Made by a program: the position numbers and the translations under genes
In this document: in pieces, positions 1 to 14,963 of the stretch
How positions within the stretch are numbered: the first letter of the stretch is position 1
Layout of the letters: the number at the start of each line of letters is the position of its first letter
Notes under the pieces: model-generated
The model's database searches: none
Seen by the model: the letters and a program-made list of their open reading frames with translations, nothing else
Told to the model about the DNA's origin: nothing
Source: Octopus vulgaris
Taxonomy: Eukaryota
NCBI GenBank assembly: GCA_951406725.2
Contig: OX597841.1
Location: forward strand, 18,600,001 to 18,664,000
Length of the DNA: 64,000 nt
Direction: 5' to 3'

Positions 1-340
1 GCCATGAAGACTCCGAGGAAAGACAGATCCCCCATGCTGGAGCTGAGGTCCACAAAATGATGTGTTATGTCCTGGTTTGTGTCTGTTGTAAATAGCAACA
101 AGTTCACTTCTGATGACTCGCTGGGAAGTTTTGTAAGATTTTAGTGTAATATCCTCTGTGTTAGTTAGGAGGAAACTGTGAGGAATCCTTCCCTGTATGC
201 TGATGCATTCTGTTGTTTTGGTACTTGTGCTGGTGGTGTTCGTTGTTGTCATGGCTGCTATCGTAGTAACAGCAGGGGGGGCGGGGAGATGGTATCGTAG
301 TTGAAGAGTAATGGCAGTTAAAAGATGGTTATAGATGTGT

Positions 341-372
<32 letters not shown>

Positions 373-524
373 GTACTACTACTACTACTACTACTACTAC
401 TAATAATAATAATACACAACAAGCATTGGCACTATTACCACTGGTACCAATACCACAGTGGCTGCAACATCAAATACTACTAATAGTACTAATAGTACTA
501 ATGCTATTTTCAGTATCAAGAGAT

Positions 525-990
<466 letters not shown>

Positions 991-1294
991 ATATCATGTA
1001 CGATCTATGCAGCCGGTTTATGTGTATTTGTATGTGTGTAGTACAGATAGATATCTGGGAACAGACAGTCCCTTATTTATCTAGATGTATGCGCAGATCG
1101 ATAGATATATATATATATTCTGTTATTCTTTTGCTTGTTTCAGTCACTTGACTGAGCTCATGCTGGAGCACCACGTTTTGTTATTGGAACAGATCGAACC
1201 CCAGGACTTATTCTTTGTAAGCCTTGTACGAGCAAAAGAGACCTATTCTATCGGTGACTTTTGCCGAACCGCTAAATGCAAGCATATACACGTT

Positions 1295-1312
1295 TGTGTA
1301 TGCGTCTGCGTG

Positions 1313-1400
<88 letters not shown>

Positions 1401-1407
1401 TGTGTGC

Positions 1408-1456
<49 letters not shown>

Positions 1457-1632
1457 TGTGTGCGTGCGTGTGTGTGTGTGTGTGTTTGTGTGTGTGCGTG
1501 CGTGTGTGTGTTTGTGTGTGTGTGTGTGCTTGTGTGTGTGCGTGCGTGTGTGTGTTTGTGTGTGTGTGTGTTTGCGTGTGTTTGTGTGCGTGCGTGTGTG
1601 TGTTTGTGTGTGTGTTTGTGTGTGTGTGTGTA
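1295..1632. repeat. (TG)n microsatellite
   Basis: Directly visible. Confidence 0.95.
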
Positions 1633-2127
1633 TACATAATGTAGATATATATATAAACTCACACAGACACACACGCACACACTTTCGTGTAGTATAAACA
1701 CGTTAAATGTGCTTATGTTTTAGCAAGCCGTACAGAATGAGTTTGAGTGTACCTAAGAGTGTGTGTGTGTGTGTGTGTTTGTGCGTGTGCGTGCGTGTGT
1801 GTGTTGCAGCCAGCCAGCCAGCCAGCCAGCTGACCAGCCGGGGTGATACAGTTGCTTACGTCAGAAGCTGACACAGTGCTTGGGCACGTGACCATCGGCA
1901 GGGGAATGAGGGAAGAAAAGAATAAGAGAATTGCAGAGGGAGGGAAGAAGAGTAAAGGTGCCGGGGGGGGGGGGACGACGACGACGACTGGCTCCCTCTC
2001 CCTCCCATTCTCTCTCTCTCTCTCTTATACACACACACACACACACACGTACATATATGTATGTGTGTGAGTATCTATGCATATCTGTCTCCGTGTATAT
2101 AACAAATATATATCACGGTGCCTACGT

Positions 2128-2602
<475 letters not shown>

Positions 2603-2753
2603 CCAGAGTAAACACATAAATGTGAAACAAGGTGGAAAAAAGAGTACTCAAATACCAGTGGTAGAGTAATATGCTTTATTTAAAGCAGCAGAAAATTCAA
2701 CAAAACCTGTTACTCTGAGTTTCCTGTTGCCGTTCATTGGACACTAGCAAAAA

Positions 2754-2791
2754 CTGTCCGATGAACGGCAACGTGAAACTCAGAGTAACAG
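2754..2791 (+). ncRNA. Minimal hammerhead-like motif, CCGAUGA core variant
   Basis: ctgt-CCGATGA-acg gcaa cgt-GAAA-ctc a gag-TA-acag; GNRA-capped stem II; lies in the right arm of a fold-back. Confidence 0.6.
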
Positions 2792-2824
2792 GTTTTGTTG
2801 AATTTTCTGCTGCTTTAAATAAAG

Positions 2825-2860
<36 letters not shown>

Positions 2861-3075
2861 TGTATGTATGTATATATGTATATGCATCTTTATACATATG
2901 TATGTGTATTTTGAATGAGTGTATGTATGCATGTCTATACATATGTGTGTTCATCTATGTACATATATATGTGTATGTACGCTTGTGTACATATATATAC
3001 ATACATACACACACATATATATCTATATATATATATGGATGTATATATATTTACATGTATAAATATGTGTGTATG

Positions 3076-3109
<34 letters not shown>

Positions 3110-3206
3110 GATATCATCATCATCATCAACATCATTTAACGTCCGTTCTCCATGCTAGCATGGGTTGGACGGTTTGACTGGGGATCTGGGAAGCCAGAAG
3201 GCTGCA

Positions 3207-3265
<59 letters not shown>

Positions 3266-4272
3266 CATACACACATATATATTTATTTATATATATGCAT
3301 GTATATATATTTACATGTATAAATATGTGTGGGTATATATATATATATTTATGTATGTATGTATATGTGTATGTATGTATGTGTGTGTGTGAGAGGCGGT
3401 TGGATGGAACCTACACTCGCCTCCTTATGAGAGCTCAAAATCTCTCGTGGAAGCGTCATCCAACCAAAATGCAAATATATGGGAAACTACCACCTGTGTC
3501 ATCTCTTGTGAAAGGTAGGAGAGTCCAGTTTGCTGGACATTGTTGTAGAGCTGAAAAAGAAATAATCTCTACTCTTCTCCTCTGGAAGCCATCTACTCAC
3601 AATACCAGAGGGCGCACACTCTCCTACCCTGATGTAATCTCCAGGGATACAGACATCCAGCAACAGGACCTCCGTAATGCCATGATGGACTATGAAGTCT
3701 GGTGTAGCATGGTAAATTCCATTGTCTCGACCACGGTCGAACAATGATGATGAGGTGTGTGTGTGTTCTGTTTTACATTTTAATCTAAAGTAAATTTTGA
3801 CCGGCCACCATCTCGGAGACAAGTCATTAAATCTCAGGAAGACCTTGCAGATTATGATGCAGATTATTATGGTGGTGTGTTTATGTCCCTGTAACTTAGC
3901 GGTTCGGCAAAAGAGACCGATAGAATAAGTATTAGGCTTACAAAGAATAAGTGTTGGGGTCGAGTTGCTCGATTAAAGGCGGTGCTCCAGCATGGCTGCA
4001 GTCAAATGACTGAAACAAGTAAAAAGAGTAAAAAAGAGAGTATTCACCTGATGGGAATGTTTTTAATTTTTCTCATCATGTAATGACTCTGTTCATTAAA
4101 TCTTAGTAAAATCATAGAATTGGTTGCTTGGCAGATGCCTAAAAATGTATTTGTGACGTCATCACCATGCCGAACACTTGCCATTGTTGAAAAGAATCTA
4201 TTTTTCATCACACAGCTTTTATGTTTTGAGCCTACACTCTTCTACAGAAAGGGACACAGAAAAAACAAGGAG

Positions 4273-4307
4273 TTTCTGTTGAAGAGCGTAGGCTCGAAAC
4301 GTAAAAG
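4273..4307 (+). ncRNA. Minimal hammerhead-like motif, CUGUNGA variant (second copy 9400-9435)
   Basis: ttt-CTGTTGA-a gagc gtag gctc-GAAA-cg-TA-aaag; loopless palindromic ACGT stem III. Confidence 0.45.
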
Positions 4308-5399
4308 ACTTGCTTTATTTCTATTCCTGAGCGCCATACTAATACAATTGTTTATTTGTACTCCACCTGCCTTCGTCTTTTGTTTATTTTCGTAAACTTT
4401 CCCTTTATATATTCTTTTATTCTTTTACTTGTTTCAGTCATTTGACTGCGGCCATGCTGAAGCACCGCCTTTAATCAAGCAAATCGACCCCAGGACTTAT
4501 TCTTTGTAAGCCCAGTACTTATTCTATTGGTCTCTTTTGCTGAACCGCTAAGTAACTGGGACATAAACACACCAGCATCGGTTGTCAAGCAATGCTAGGG
4601 GGACAAACACAGACACACAAACATATACACACACACTTATATATATATACATATATCCGACAGGCTTCTTTCAGTTTCCGTCTACCAAATCCACTCACAA
4701 GGCTTTGGTCAGCTCGAGGCTATAGTAGAAGACACTTGCCCAAGGTGCCATGCAGTGGGACTGAACCCGGAACCATGTGGTTGGTAAACAAGCTACTTAC
4801 CACACAGCCACTCCTGCGCCTATATATATATATCATCATCATCATCATCATCATCGTTTAGCGTCCGTTTTCCATGCTAGCATGGGTTGGACGGTTCTGC
4901 TGAGGTCTGTGAAGCCAGAAGGCTTCATCAGGCCCAGTCAAATCTGGCAGTGTTTCTACGGCTGGATGCCCTTCCTAACGCCAACCACTCCGTGAGTGTA
5001 GTGGGTGCTTTTTACGTGCCACCTGCACAGGTGCCAGACAGAACTCGCAAACGGCCACAAACGGATGGTGCTTTTTATATGCCACCGGCACGGGGGCCAA
5101 GCGAGGCTGGCAACGGACACGAACGGATGGTGCTTTTTACGTGCTACCAGCACAGATGCCAGTTGGGACGGCGCTGGTATCGGTCGCGAAACGGAAGGTT
5201 CTCTTACATGGCACCGGCACTGGTAACACATCTGCAATTTCCAGATAGATAAAACAAAAAATGGGTTTAAAAAATGCTAGCAGATATCAGTTAAGCCCTC
5301 AGTACAAAAGAATGAGTTTAAATTTCCAACAATCTCAGGTAAATCCTCAGGTATGGCAGGTAAATCCAACAACCGTTTCGTAGACACATACACACATAC

Positions 5400-5990
5400 A
5401 TTCACGATGCAAAAATGGTTCGATTTTATGCCGTGACAGCAATGAACAGCAGGTTCCAAAATGACATCCAGTTCGTGTGATAACCACTTGTCCAGCTTCT
5501 TTACTTTACCAGTTTGTTTGAGATCGTCTGATACAGTTGGAATCGAATCATCAAGCTTTGCTGCTAACTCTCGCAGAGTTTCAGATGTATCCGCTTCCAC
5601 TACAGTTTCCATCTCATGATTATCCACCTTGGTCTCAGTTCTACCGAAGTGGATTTTCAAGAGAGAAGTCACCAGACCGGAACTTCTCAAACCATTAACG
5701 TACAGTGTACTCATTCGCCACATCTTCACCAAACACCTCATTGATGTTTTGAGCTGTCTTGGATGCATTGGTTCTTTGACAGAACTCATATCCATAAACA
5801 ACACAAACTTTTTTATCAATCTATGGGTTCACAAAAACCGATTTACAAGAGAAAACTCACAATAGAATTGGACACCACAGATTGCATTTTGAAAAGTGAT
5901 GATGTAATTCTACAATATTGGAAAACAAAGAATTGTCAGGATAAAACATTAGAGTTAACAAATCGGACATTTTGTTCTTAATGACCTGAT
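5400..5990 (-). mobile_element. Mariner transposase N-terminal fragment
   Basis: VVEADTSETLRELAAKL..SIPTVSDDLKQTGKVKKLDKWLSHEL (WVPHEL-like motif). Confidence 0.8.
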
Positions 5991-6250
5991 ATATTTGTAT
6001 ATCTCGTCCGTTTTTCTGTCCTTGTTTCGTATACATTCGATCCTTTTTCCAAGAAATCTAATGCTCATAGCTTAGTTTTTCCTTGGGGCTGGCTGGATCG
6101 GAGCGATCTCAAGATTAATCAGCCAAAATTGCTAGGATGATCCGGTTCTTGACTGAAGATTAGAGGCTTCGAATGTTCCGTCCGTTTTTTGTATCGTCTT
6201 CTAAATGTTTTACGTTCTTGTCCCAGTTTGTATTTTTATATATATTTTTT

Positions 6251-6321
<71 letters not shown>

Positions 6322-6469
6322 TATATATATGTACGTATACATATGTGTGTGTGTATTTATATATATATATATATATATATATAGATAGATAGATAGAGAG
6401 AGAGAGAAAGTGAGAGAGAGGTACAGAAAACAAATTCCATCACACACCGGGGAGAAAAACTAGAAGTAG

Positions 6470-7583
6470 TTAGTAGCTTCCGTTACCTAGGTGACCAAGT
6501 CTGTTGTGGAGTGGTTGCTCTGAGAGTGTAGCTGCTAGAAAAAGAATAGCTTGGGCAAAATTCAGGGAGCTCTTACCTCTGCTGGCAACTAAAGGCTTGT
6601 CACTCAGGATGAAAGGTAGACTGTATGATGCATGTGTGTGGACTGCCATGCTACATGGCAGTGAAACATGGGCCGTGACTGCTGAGGACATGCGTAGGCT
6701 TGAAAGAAATGAAGCTAGTATGCCCCAGTAGATGTGTAATGTCAGTGTGCATACTCGACAGAGTGTAAGTACCTTGAGAGAAAAGTAGGACATAAGAAGC
6801 ATCAGATGTGGTAAGCAAGAGAGACGACTGTGCTGGTATGGTTATATGATGTGTATGGATGAGGACAGCTGTGTGAAGATATGTCACACCCTAACAGTGG
6901 AGGGAACCTGTGGAAAAGGTAGACCCAGGAAGACATGGGATGAGGTGGTGAAGCGCACGACCAAAGAACATTGGACCTCACAGAGATCAAGACTGAGAGC
7001 TTTGGAGATATGCTGAGACTGAGAAGACCTGGCAACGAAAGTGAGACCACAGCCATAGACGATGCCAGTGTTGCATGTCCGGCCCATTTAAGAGTACCCC
7101 TGATGCATCGGGAAATATGATATGCTTGAGAAGACTTGTTGGTCAAGTAAAGCCAAAATTGTAGCTGTGGCTAGTGTCCGTGGCTAGCTCCTGGTCCAGT
7201 GGTATGTAAAATGCATCATTCAAATGTGGTTGCTGTCAGAGTCCCCTGACTGGCTCCATGGTGAGTGGCATGTAAAAAGCATTATCCGAATGTGATCAAT
7301 GCCAGGACTGCCTGACTGGCCCCCAGGCCAGTGGCTCATAAAAAGCACTATCCTAACGTGATTGATGGCAGGCCTGCCTGACTGGTTCCTGTGCCAGTGG
7401 CGCATAAAGAGCACCCACCACACTCTTGGAGTGGTGGGTGTTAGGGAGGGCATCCAGCTCTAGAGACCAAGCTAAAGCAGATTGGAGCGTTGGGCAGGTG
7501 CTGGATCTCCAGACCTCAGTCAAACCGTCCAACCCATGCCAGCATGGAAAATGGACGTTAAACAATGATGATGATGATGATGA
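6470..7583 (+). mobile_element. RTE-clade LINE 3' portion with ~60-bp tandem repeats in 3' UTR and (GAT)n tail
   Basis: AWAKFRELLPLL...KGRLYDACV..AMLHGSETWA...GRPRKTW; the 3' UTR recurs as truncated copies at ~3114-3208, 4832-5240, 8320-8665, 11557-11945, 25535-25935, 55200-55545, 62773-63460; RT fragment also at 28650-29060 (-). Confidence 0.85.
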
Positions 7584-7600
7584 TATATATATAATATATA

Positions 7601-7767
7601 TAGGCGCAGGAGTGACTGTGTGGTAAGTAGCTTGCTAACCAACCACATGGTTCCGGGTTCAGTCCCACTGCGTGGCATCTTGGGCAAGTGTCTTCTGCTA
7701 TAGCCCCGGGCCGACCAATGCCTTGTGAGTGGATTTGGTAGATGGAAACTGAAAGAAGCCTGTCGTA

Positions 7768-7807
<40 letters not shown>

Positions 7808-8028
7808 TATGTGTGCGTGTTTGTGTGTCTGTATTTGTCCCCCTAGCATTGCCTGACAACCGATGCTGGTGTGTTTATGTCCCCGTCACTTAGCGGTTCG
7901 GCAAAAGAGACCGATAGAATAAGTACTGGGCTTACAAAGAATAAGTTCCGGGGTCGATTTGCTCGACTAAAGGCGGTGCTCCAGCATGGCCGCAGTCAAA
8001 TGACTGAAACAAGTAAAAGAGTAAAGAG

Positions 8029-8030
<2 letters not shown>
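7601..8030 (+). mobile_element. Dominant tRNA-derived SINE with internal (TA/TG)n; about 18 copies in window
   Basis: A box TGGCTGTGTGG, B box GGTTCAGTCCC, tail (AAAGAGT)n; other copies approx. 4420-4822(-), 10188-10582(-), 10754-11156(+), 11341-12129(-), 14090-14526(-), 20184-20582(-), 23964-24370(+), 24822-25242(-), 26003-26412(+), 27589-28026(+), 40485-40905(-), 56004-56388(+), 59910-60297(-), 63478-63853(-). Confidence 0.9.
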
Positions 8031-8105
<75 letters not shown>

Positions 8106-8685
8106 TGTGGGGTTAGGGAGCTTCCTTCCTAACTACATGGTTTCAGGTTCAGTCCCACTGCATGGCACTTTGGGTTGGTGTCTTCCACTATGGCCCCGAG
8201 CTGACCGGAGCTTTGTGATTGAATTCGGTAGGCGGGAGTTACTGCCGTGTGTGTATGTGTGTGTATAGCTGCTCAGTGCCTCTCCGAAAGAGAGAGAGGG
8301 ATATACATATATATATATATCATCATCATCATCGTTTAATGTCCGTTCTCCATGCTAGCATGGGTTGGACGGTTCGACCGGGGATCTGACAAGCCGGAAG
8401 GCTGCACCAGGCTCCAGTCTGATCTGGCAGTGTTTCTACAGCTGGATGCCCTTCCTAACTGCAACCACTCCATGAGTGTAGTGGGTGCTTTTTACAGCCA
8501 CGATCGGATTGGTGCATTTTACGTGCCACCGGCATGGAAGCCAGTCAAGGCAGTGCTGGTATCGGCCACAATTCGGATAGTGCTTTTTTCGTGCTACCGG
8601 CACGGAAGCCAGTCTAGGCGGCACTGGCAACGTTCAATGATGCTTTTACGTGCCACCGTCGCAGGGATATATATATATATAGATG

Positions 8686-8737
<52 letters not shown>

Positions 8738-9165
8738 TACACAATATTATTAAAATTAATAATAATATCTACATATATTTATGTCAACACAACTTTATCA
8801 AGGTAATCGAAATTGGTGAAATTCCAACTGAACACCTGAAAAAAACTTCAGCTGTTAAAAGATGCTAACAAAAAGAAACACCAAACCAAATATAACTTTA
8901 GACATTCCTTCACTCAACCAAGATGTCATCTAAAATAAAGACAGGATTTTCTTTCTACATATTATTCTTTGTAAGCCTAATACTTATTCTATCGGTTTCT
9001 TTGGATTTCTTAAAATTCTACGAAATGGTTGTTTACCTGTCATACCTGAGGATTTACCTGAGATTGTTGGAAATTTAAACTCATTCTTTTGTTCTGAGGG
9101 CTTAACTGATATCTGCCAGCACTTTTTAATCCCATTTTTGTTTTATCTATCTATCTATCTATCTA

Positions 9166-9202
<37 letters not shown>

Positions 9203-9314
9203 TACAAAATTAGAAAATGGAGAAACATACTTAAATCAATCAAACATCAACCATCAGATAATACCCAATATATGTTATCCCATAGTGGGTTTAATTTTCA
9301 ACCCCTATCTCATT

Positions 9315-9378
<64 letters not shown>

Positions 9379-9791
9379 CTCCTTGTTTTTTCTGTGTCCC
9401 TTTCTGTAGAAGAGCGTAGGCTCGAAACATAAAAGACTTTTTCTATTCCTGAGCGTTATACTAATACATCTGTTTGTTTTGTACAACACCTGTCTTCGTC
9501 TTTTGTTTTTTCCGTAAACTCTCCCTATATATATATAAGTGAATAAATAAGTCAACATTCTAATATCCGAAAGCTGATGAACCAACTAAATTTGTATTAT
9601 AAATTAATGGTAAAATATTTCTTTACCTTCACCCATTTAATACAATAAATAAGTTAATTGCATTACAATTAAAAACATTTGTGTATTAAGAATTTGGGTA
9701 TTATACCAACAGTATATTGGATAAATATTATCCCTTAGTGGGTTGGATCCGTAACCCCTAACTTACTTGTATATATATATACACTTTGTTT

Positions 9792-10020
9792 TTGGAGAGA
9801 CATCTAGGGGCATTGCAAAAAGACTAAATGAACATTTGAGACAATATGACAACAAAAACAGTCCTCCATACTCTACCAGCATGCCAAGGACCAGCATGGA
9901 GGCAACCTGGGTCAACTTGACATCCACATTTTATTCAAGCACCCAAAGGACCCAACACTCAGACAAATACAGGAGTCCATCTTCTTAAATGAAACATCTC
10001 CAATACTAAATGGTAAATAT
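9792..10020 (+). mobile_element. Penelope-like element GIY-YIG endonuclease C-terminal fragment (frameshifted)
   Basis: GETSRGIAKRLNEH...then, after a frameshift, YQHAKDQH...RQIQESIFLNETSPILNGK: (YI)GET..R..EH...H...R...E......P.LN pattern. Confidence 0.75.
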
Positions 10021-10119
10021 ACGTAGTAGGTAATCATACCCCCATACCCACAGTTTATATTTATATAGAGGTAGAATAGTTAGTGGGTTGCTATGTAGAT
10101 GTATGTGTGCGTGTGTCGG

Positions 10120-10151
<32 letters not shown>

Positions 10152-12526
10152 ACACATATATGTATATATATATATATATATATATAATCTTTTACTCTTT
10201 TACTTGTTTCAGTCATTTGACTGCGGCCATGCTGGAGCACCGCCTTTAGTCGAGCAAATCGACCCCGGGACTTATTCTTTGTAAGCCCAGTACTTATTCT
10301 ATCGGTCTCTTTTGCTGAACTGCTAAGTGACGGGGACATAAACACACCAGCATCGGTTGTCAAGCAATGCTTGTGGGACAAACACAGATAAACACACACA
10401 CATACATACATATATATATATTTACATATATACGACGGGCTTTTTTCAGTTTCCGTCTACCAAATCCATGGTTGGCCCGAGGCTATAGTAGAAGACACTT
10501 GCCCAAGATGCTACGCAGTGGGACTGAACCCGGAACCATGTGGTTGGTAAGCAAGCTACTTACCACACAGCCACTCCTGCATCTATATATATATATATAT
10601 GTGTGTGTGTGTAGGGAAATGGATATGAATGTAAACAGATAGACATGCAGACGGATAGGTACGTAGGTAATATGAGCAGACATGCACACATAAAAATACA
10701 CAAACACATCAATATGCAGAATACATGCATACAAACGTACACACATACATATATAGGCGCAAGAGTGGCTGTGTGGTAAGTAGCTTGCTAACCAACCACA
10801 TGGTTCCAGGTTCAGTCCCACTGCGTGGCATCTTGGAAAAGTGTCTTCTGCTATAGCCTCGGGCCGACCAATGCCTTGTGAGTGGATTTAGGTAGACGGA
10901 AACTGAAAGAAGCCTGTCGTATATATGTATATATATGTATGTGTGTTTGTGTGTCTGTGTTTGTCCCCCTAGCATTGCTTGACAACCGATGCTGGTGTGT
11001 TTACGTCCCCGTCACTTAGCATTCGGCAAAAGAGGCCGATAGAATAAGTACTGGGCTTACAAAGAATAAGTCCCGGGGTCGATTTGCTCGACTAAAGGCA
11101 GTGCTCCAGCATGGCCGCAGTCAAATGACTGAAACAAGTAAAAGAGTGAAAAGAGTAATGAGTATATACATATGCACGTGTGCGCACACACACATATACA
11201 GGGTTACATACATATATACATACATACATGTGTATGCGCACTCATTGACCCACACACGTGTGCAGAAACAAACAAAAAGAATGCAGCTTTATTAATGGAG
11301 AGAGTCAACAACTGTTGAAAAGGTTGCAAGGCACGCAAAGTTTACTCTTTTACTTGTTTCAGTCATTTGACTGCGGCCATGCTGGAGCACCGCCTTTTAG
11401 TCGAGTAAATCGACCCCGGGACTTATTCTTTTGTAAGCCCAGGACTTATTCTATCGGTTTCTTTTTGCCGAACCGCTAGGTGACGGGGACGTAAACACAC
11501 CAGCATCGGTTGTCAAGCAATGCTAGGGGGACAAACACAGACACACAAACACACACATCATCATCATCATTGTCATCGTTTAACGTCCGTTTTCCATGCT
11601 AGCATGGGTTGGACGGTTCGACCGGGGTCTTGGACGCCAGGGGCTGCACCAGGCTCCAGTCTGATCTGGCAGAGTTTCTACATCTGGTTGCCCTTCCTAA
11701 CGCCAACCACTCCGAGAGTGTAGTGGGTGCTTTTTACGTGCCACCTGCACAAGTGCCAGGAGTGTCTGGCATCGGCCACGATCGGTTGGTGCTTTTAAAG
11801 TGCCACCGGCACGCGCGTTCGGATGGTGCTTTTTATGTGCCACCGGCACAGAAGCCAATCGAGGTGGCACTGGCAACGGCCACGTTCGGATGGTGCTTTT
11901 TATGTGCCACCGGCACAGGTATCACAACTACTATTTCCATTGATAAATATATATATACATTTATACGACAGGCTTCTTTCAGTTTCCATCTACCAAATCC
12001 ACTCACAAGGCATTGGTTGGCCCGGGGCTATAGCAGAAGACACTTGCCCAATATGCCACGCAGTGGGACTGAACCCGGAACCATGTGGTTGGTTAGCAAG
12101 CTACTTACCACACAGCCACTCCTGCGCCTGTTTAGGGAAAATAAATAAATAAAAGAATGGAAACTTAACCAGTGTGTGTGTTAAATAATTAGGCACTAAA
12201 AGAGAATGACTCTACCCAAACACAACAATATATATATATAAATGCACATATTTGTGTGTATGTGTCAGGGCATTTAAGATTATTATTGTTGTTGTTGTTA
12301 TTATTATTATTATTAGTAGTAGTAGTAGTAGTAGTAGTAGTAGCAGCAGCAGCAGCTACAGTGCTTGTCATGAAAGTGACACTGGGATACAAAGCCCAGT
12401 ATACCCGTCTGTAGCCCATCTTTTTATACCAACCCAAATCAATGTTACATGATAACACTTCCAATCAGTTAAGATCAGAAGCCATGAGAGCCACTGCCTG
12501 GTACTGCATCACAGCATTTATTATTA

Positions 12527-12621
<95 letters not shown>

Positions 12622-12622
<1 letters not shown>

Positions 12623-13177
12623 GAGTGATGGAGCAGTTCATGCCATCAAAGTGACACTGGGGTACAAATATACGAAGCCCAGTATACCCATCATGACTAC
12701 CCGTCTGATAAGGGTACACTAGGCACATGCATCACAACCATATGTGCTCGACATGGTGATCTCATATCAAGATAAACAACACATGACCTTGCAGGTAGAG
12801 CCCAGTTAGAAGTTTCTTCGGGTTGAATAACCCATCCTGCTCAAAAGGTCCCTGAATAAGGGTTGTTTAAGGATGAACAAAACACCCATGTTTCCAAAGG
12901 TGAATTCTTCAAACCCCAAAGAATCCCTCTCAACACATGGCTATGATGCTCCCCCATTACTTCTGCTCGTGATCAGAGATGCACATATCGTCAGCCACTA
13001 AGGGACATGCTCAACTGGTTAAGGTCAAACAACTGACAAGCAAATCTGTGGTATTGAGCAGAATATTTGCTGTAGCCCATCTTTTATACCAAGACAAAAC
13101 AATGTATATGATAACACTTCCAATCATTTAAGATCAGAAGCCATGAGAGCCACTGCCTGGTACTACATCAGGGCATT
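12622..13177 (-). mobile_element. ~550-bp non-coding element inserted in (TAA)n; copies at 16870-17400, 60863-61357, partial 12360-12520 and 29671-29787
   Basis: High mutual identity; intact ends abut (ATT)n; orientation inferred from the junction with the Dong fragment. Confidence 0.75.
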
Positions 13178-14289
13178 TATTATTATTATTGTTATTGTTA
13201 TTATTATGAGAGCCACAGCCTGGTGCTGTTGCTATGCTCTGAGTTCCAGTTCTGCTGAGGTCAGCTTTGCTTTTTATTCTTTCGGGGTCATTAAATTAAG
13301 TCCCAGTGAAACATTGGGGTCAATGTATTCGACTCGTCCCACTCCCCCAAATTTCAGACCTTGCACATTTAGCAGAATGGATTATTATTATTATTATCAT
13401 AAAAATTATTTGATGAAAACCCACAGCTTATTTTGCTGGGTATGATGGAAAGTGTCAGCAGTCCACAGCCAGCAGACTAAGGGGACCCATAGGCGGTTGG
13501 ATGGAACCTACACTCGCCTCCTTATCAGAGCTCAAAATCTCTCGTGGAAGCGTCATCCAACCAAAATGCAAATATATGGGAAACTACCACCTGTGTCATC
13601 TCTTGTGAAAGGTAGGAGAGTCCAGTTTGCTGGACATTGTTGTAGAGCTGAAAACAAAGCAATTTCTACTCTTCTCCTCTGGAAGCCATCTACTCGCAAT
13701 GCCAGAGGGCGCACACTCTCCTACCCTGATGTAATCTCCAGGGATACAGGTATCCAGCAACAGGACCTCCGTAATGCCATGATGGACTATGAAGTCTGGC
13801 GTAGCATGGTAAATTCCATTGTTTCGACCACGGTCGAACAATGATGATGATGAAGGTGACCCTTGTTTTACTGGTCAAGCTTCAAGAACCCTTTTTAAGA
13901 ATTCTTGCAGTCCCAAGCAATGAAGATTTTTCTTTGTGTTCTTCTTTACATTTGTAGGAATCTTTTTGAGTGATGCTGGTAGTTAAAGGTTGATGCTTCC
14001 CAGGGAGCCAACTACCATTGCTGTCATGCCTACCCTCTTCAATGCCCACACCATGCCTGTGTTTCCCGCTCCAGATTGCCATAGCTCTTTCTCTTTTACT
14101 CTTTTACTTGTTTCAGTCATTTGACTGTGGCCATGCTGGAGCACCACCTTTAGTCGAGCAAATCAACCCCGGGACTTTTTCTTTGTAAGCCCAGTACTTA
14201 TTCTATCGGCCTCTTTTGCTGAACCGCTAAGTGATGGGGACGTAAACACACCAGCATCGGTTGTCAAGCAATGCTAGGGGGACAAACAG

Positions 14290-14360
<71 letters not shown>

Positions 14361-14728
14361 TACGACAGGCTTCTTTCAGTTTCCATCTACCAAATCCACT
14401 CACAAGGCATTGGTCAGCCCAGGGCTATAGTAGAAGACACTTGCCCAAGATCCACGCAATGGGACTGAACCCAGAACCATGTGGTTGGTTAGCAAGCTAC
14501 TTACCACACAGCCACTCCTGCGCCTATAGCTGTTCATTTTCTCTTCTTTTTTCCTCTCGGATCCTCACCAGGACATGCTCCGTCGATTACCAAGCATGTT
14601 TTTTTTTTGGTCTTTTTTGCTCACCAAAACAAGATCAAGCATCCAATGTCTGATCTGATGGTCACTCTGAATCATTGCATCCCACAGGATTCTGCAGGCT
14701 TCATTTTCAGGAACTCCTGAGTTTTTAG

Positions 14729-14963
14729 CAGGGCCATGAAGTCAGAGTCAGTAAAACCATAAAGACTCTGACTCACAATATCTTTATTCTTTAAAATAAA
14801 CCAGTTATAAGATACAGGCCGACTCAAAGTCCAAGTGTATGCATGTGCTTTATGAGATATGCAGACCACAATCACTTTAATTACATAAAAAGGAATCAGA
14901 GTCAGAGATGCCAATAGTAGAGGAGTCAGAATCGAAGTTTTTTATTTTGACTTCACAGCCCTG
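14729..14963. mobile_element. hAT-like MITE
   Basis: Ends CAGGGCCATGAAGTC / GACTTCACAGCCCTG with multiple GAGTC subterminal repeats. Confidence 0.55.

Noticed and set aside
105-135. CTGATGA at 110 as a hammerhead
   Set aside because: No GAAA/stem III arrangement follows
9570-9600. CTGATGA at 9574 (also CTGAAGA 6153, CTGACGA 49930) as hammerheads
   Set aside because: Only the 5' core half is present; no convincing stems or GAAA-NUH
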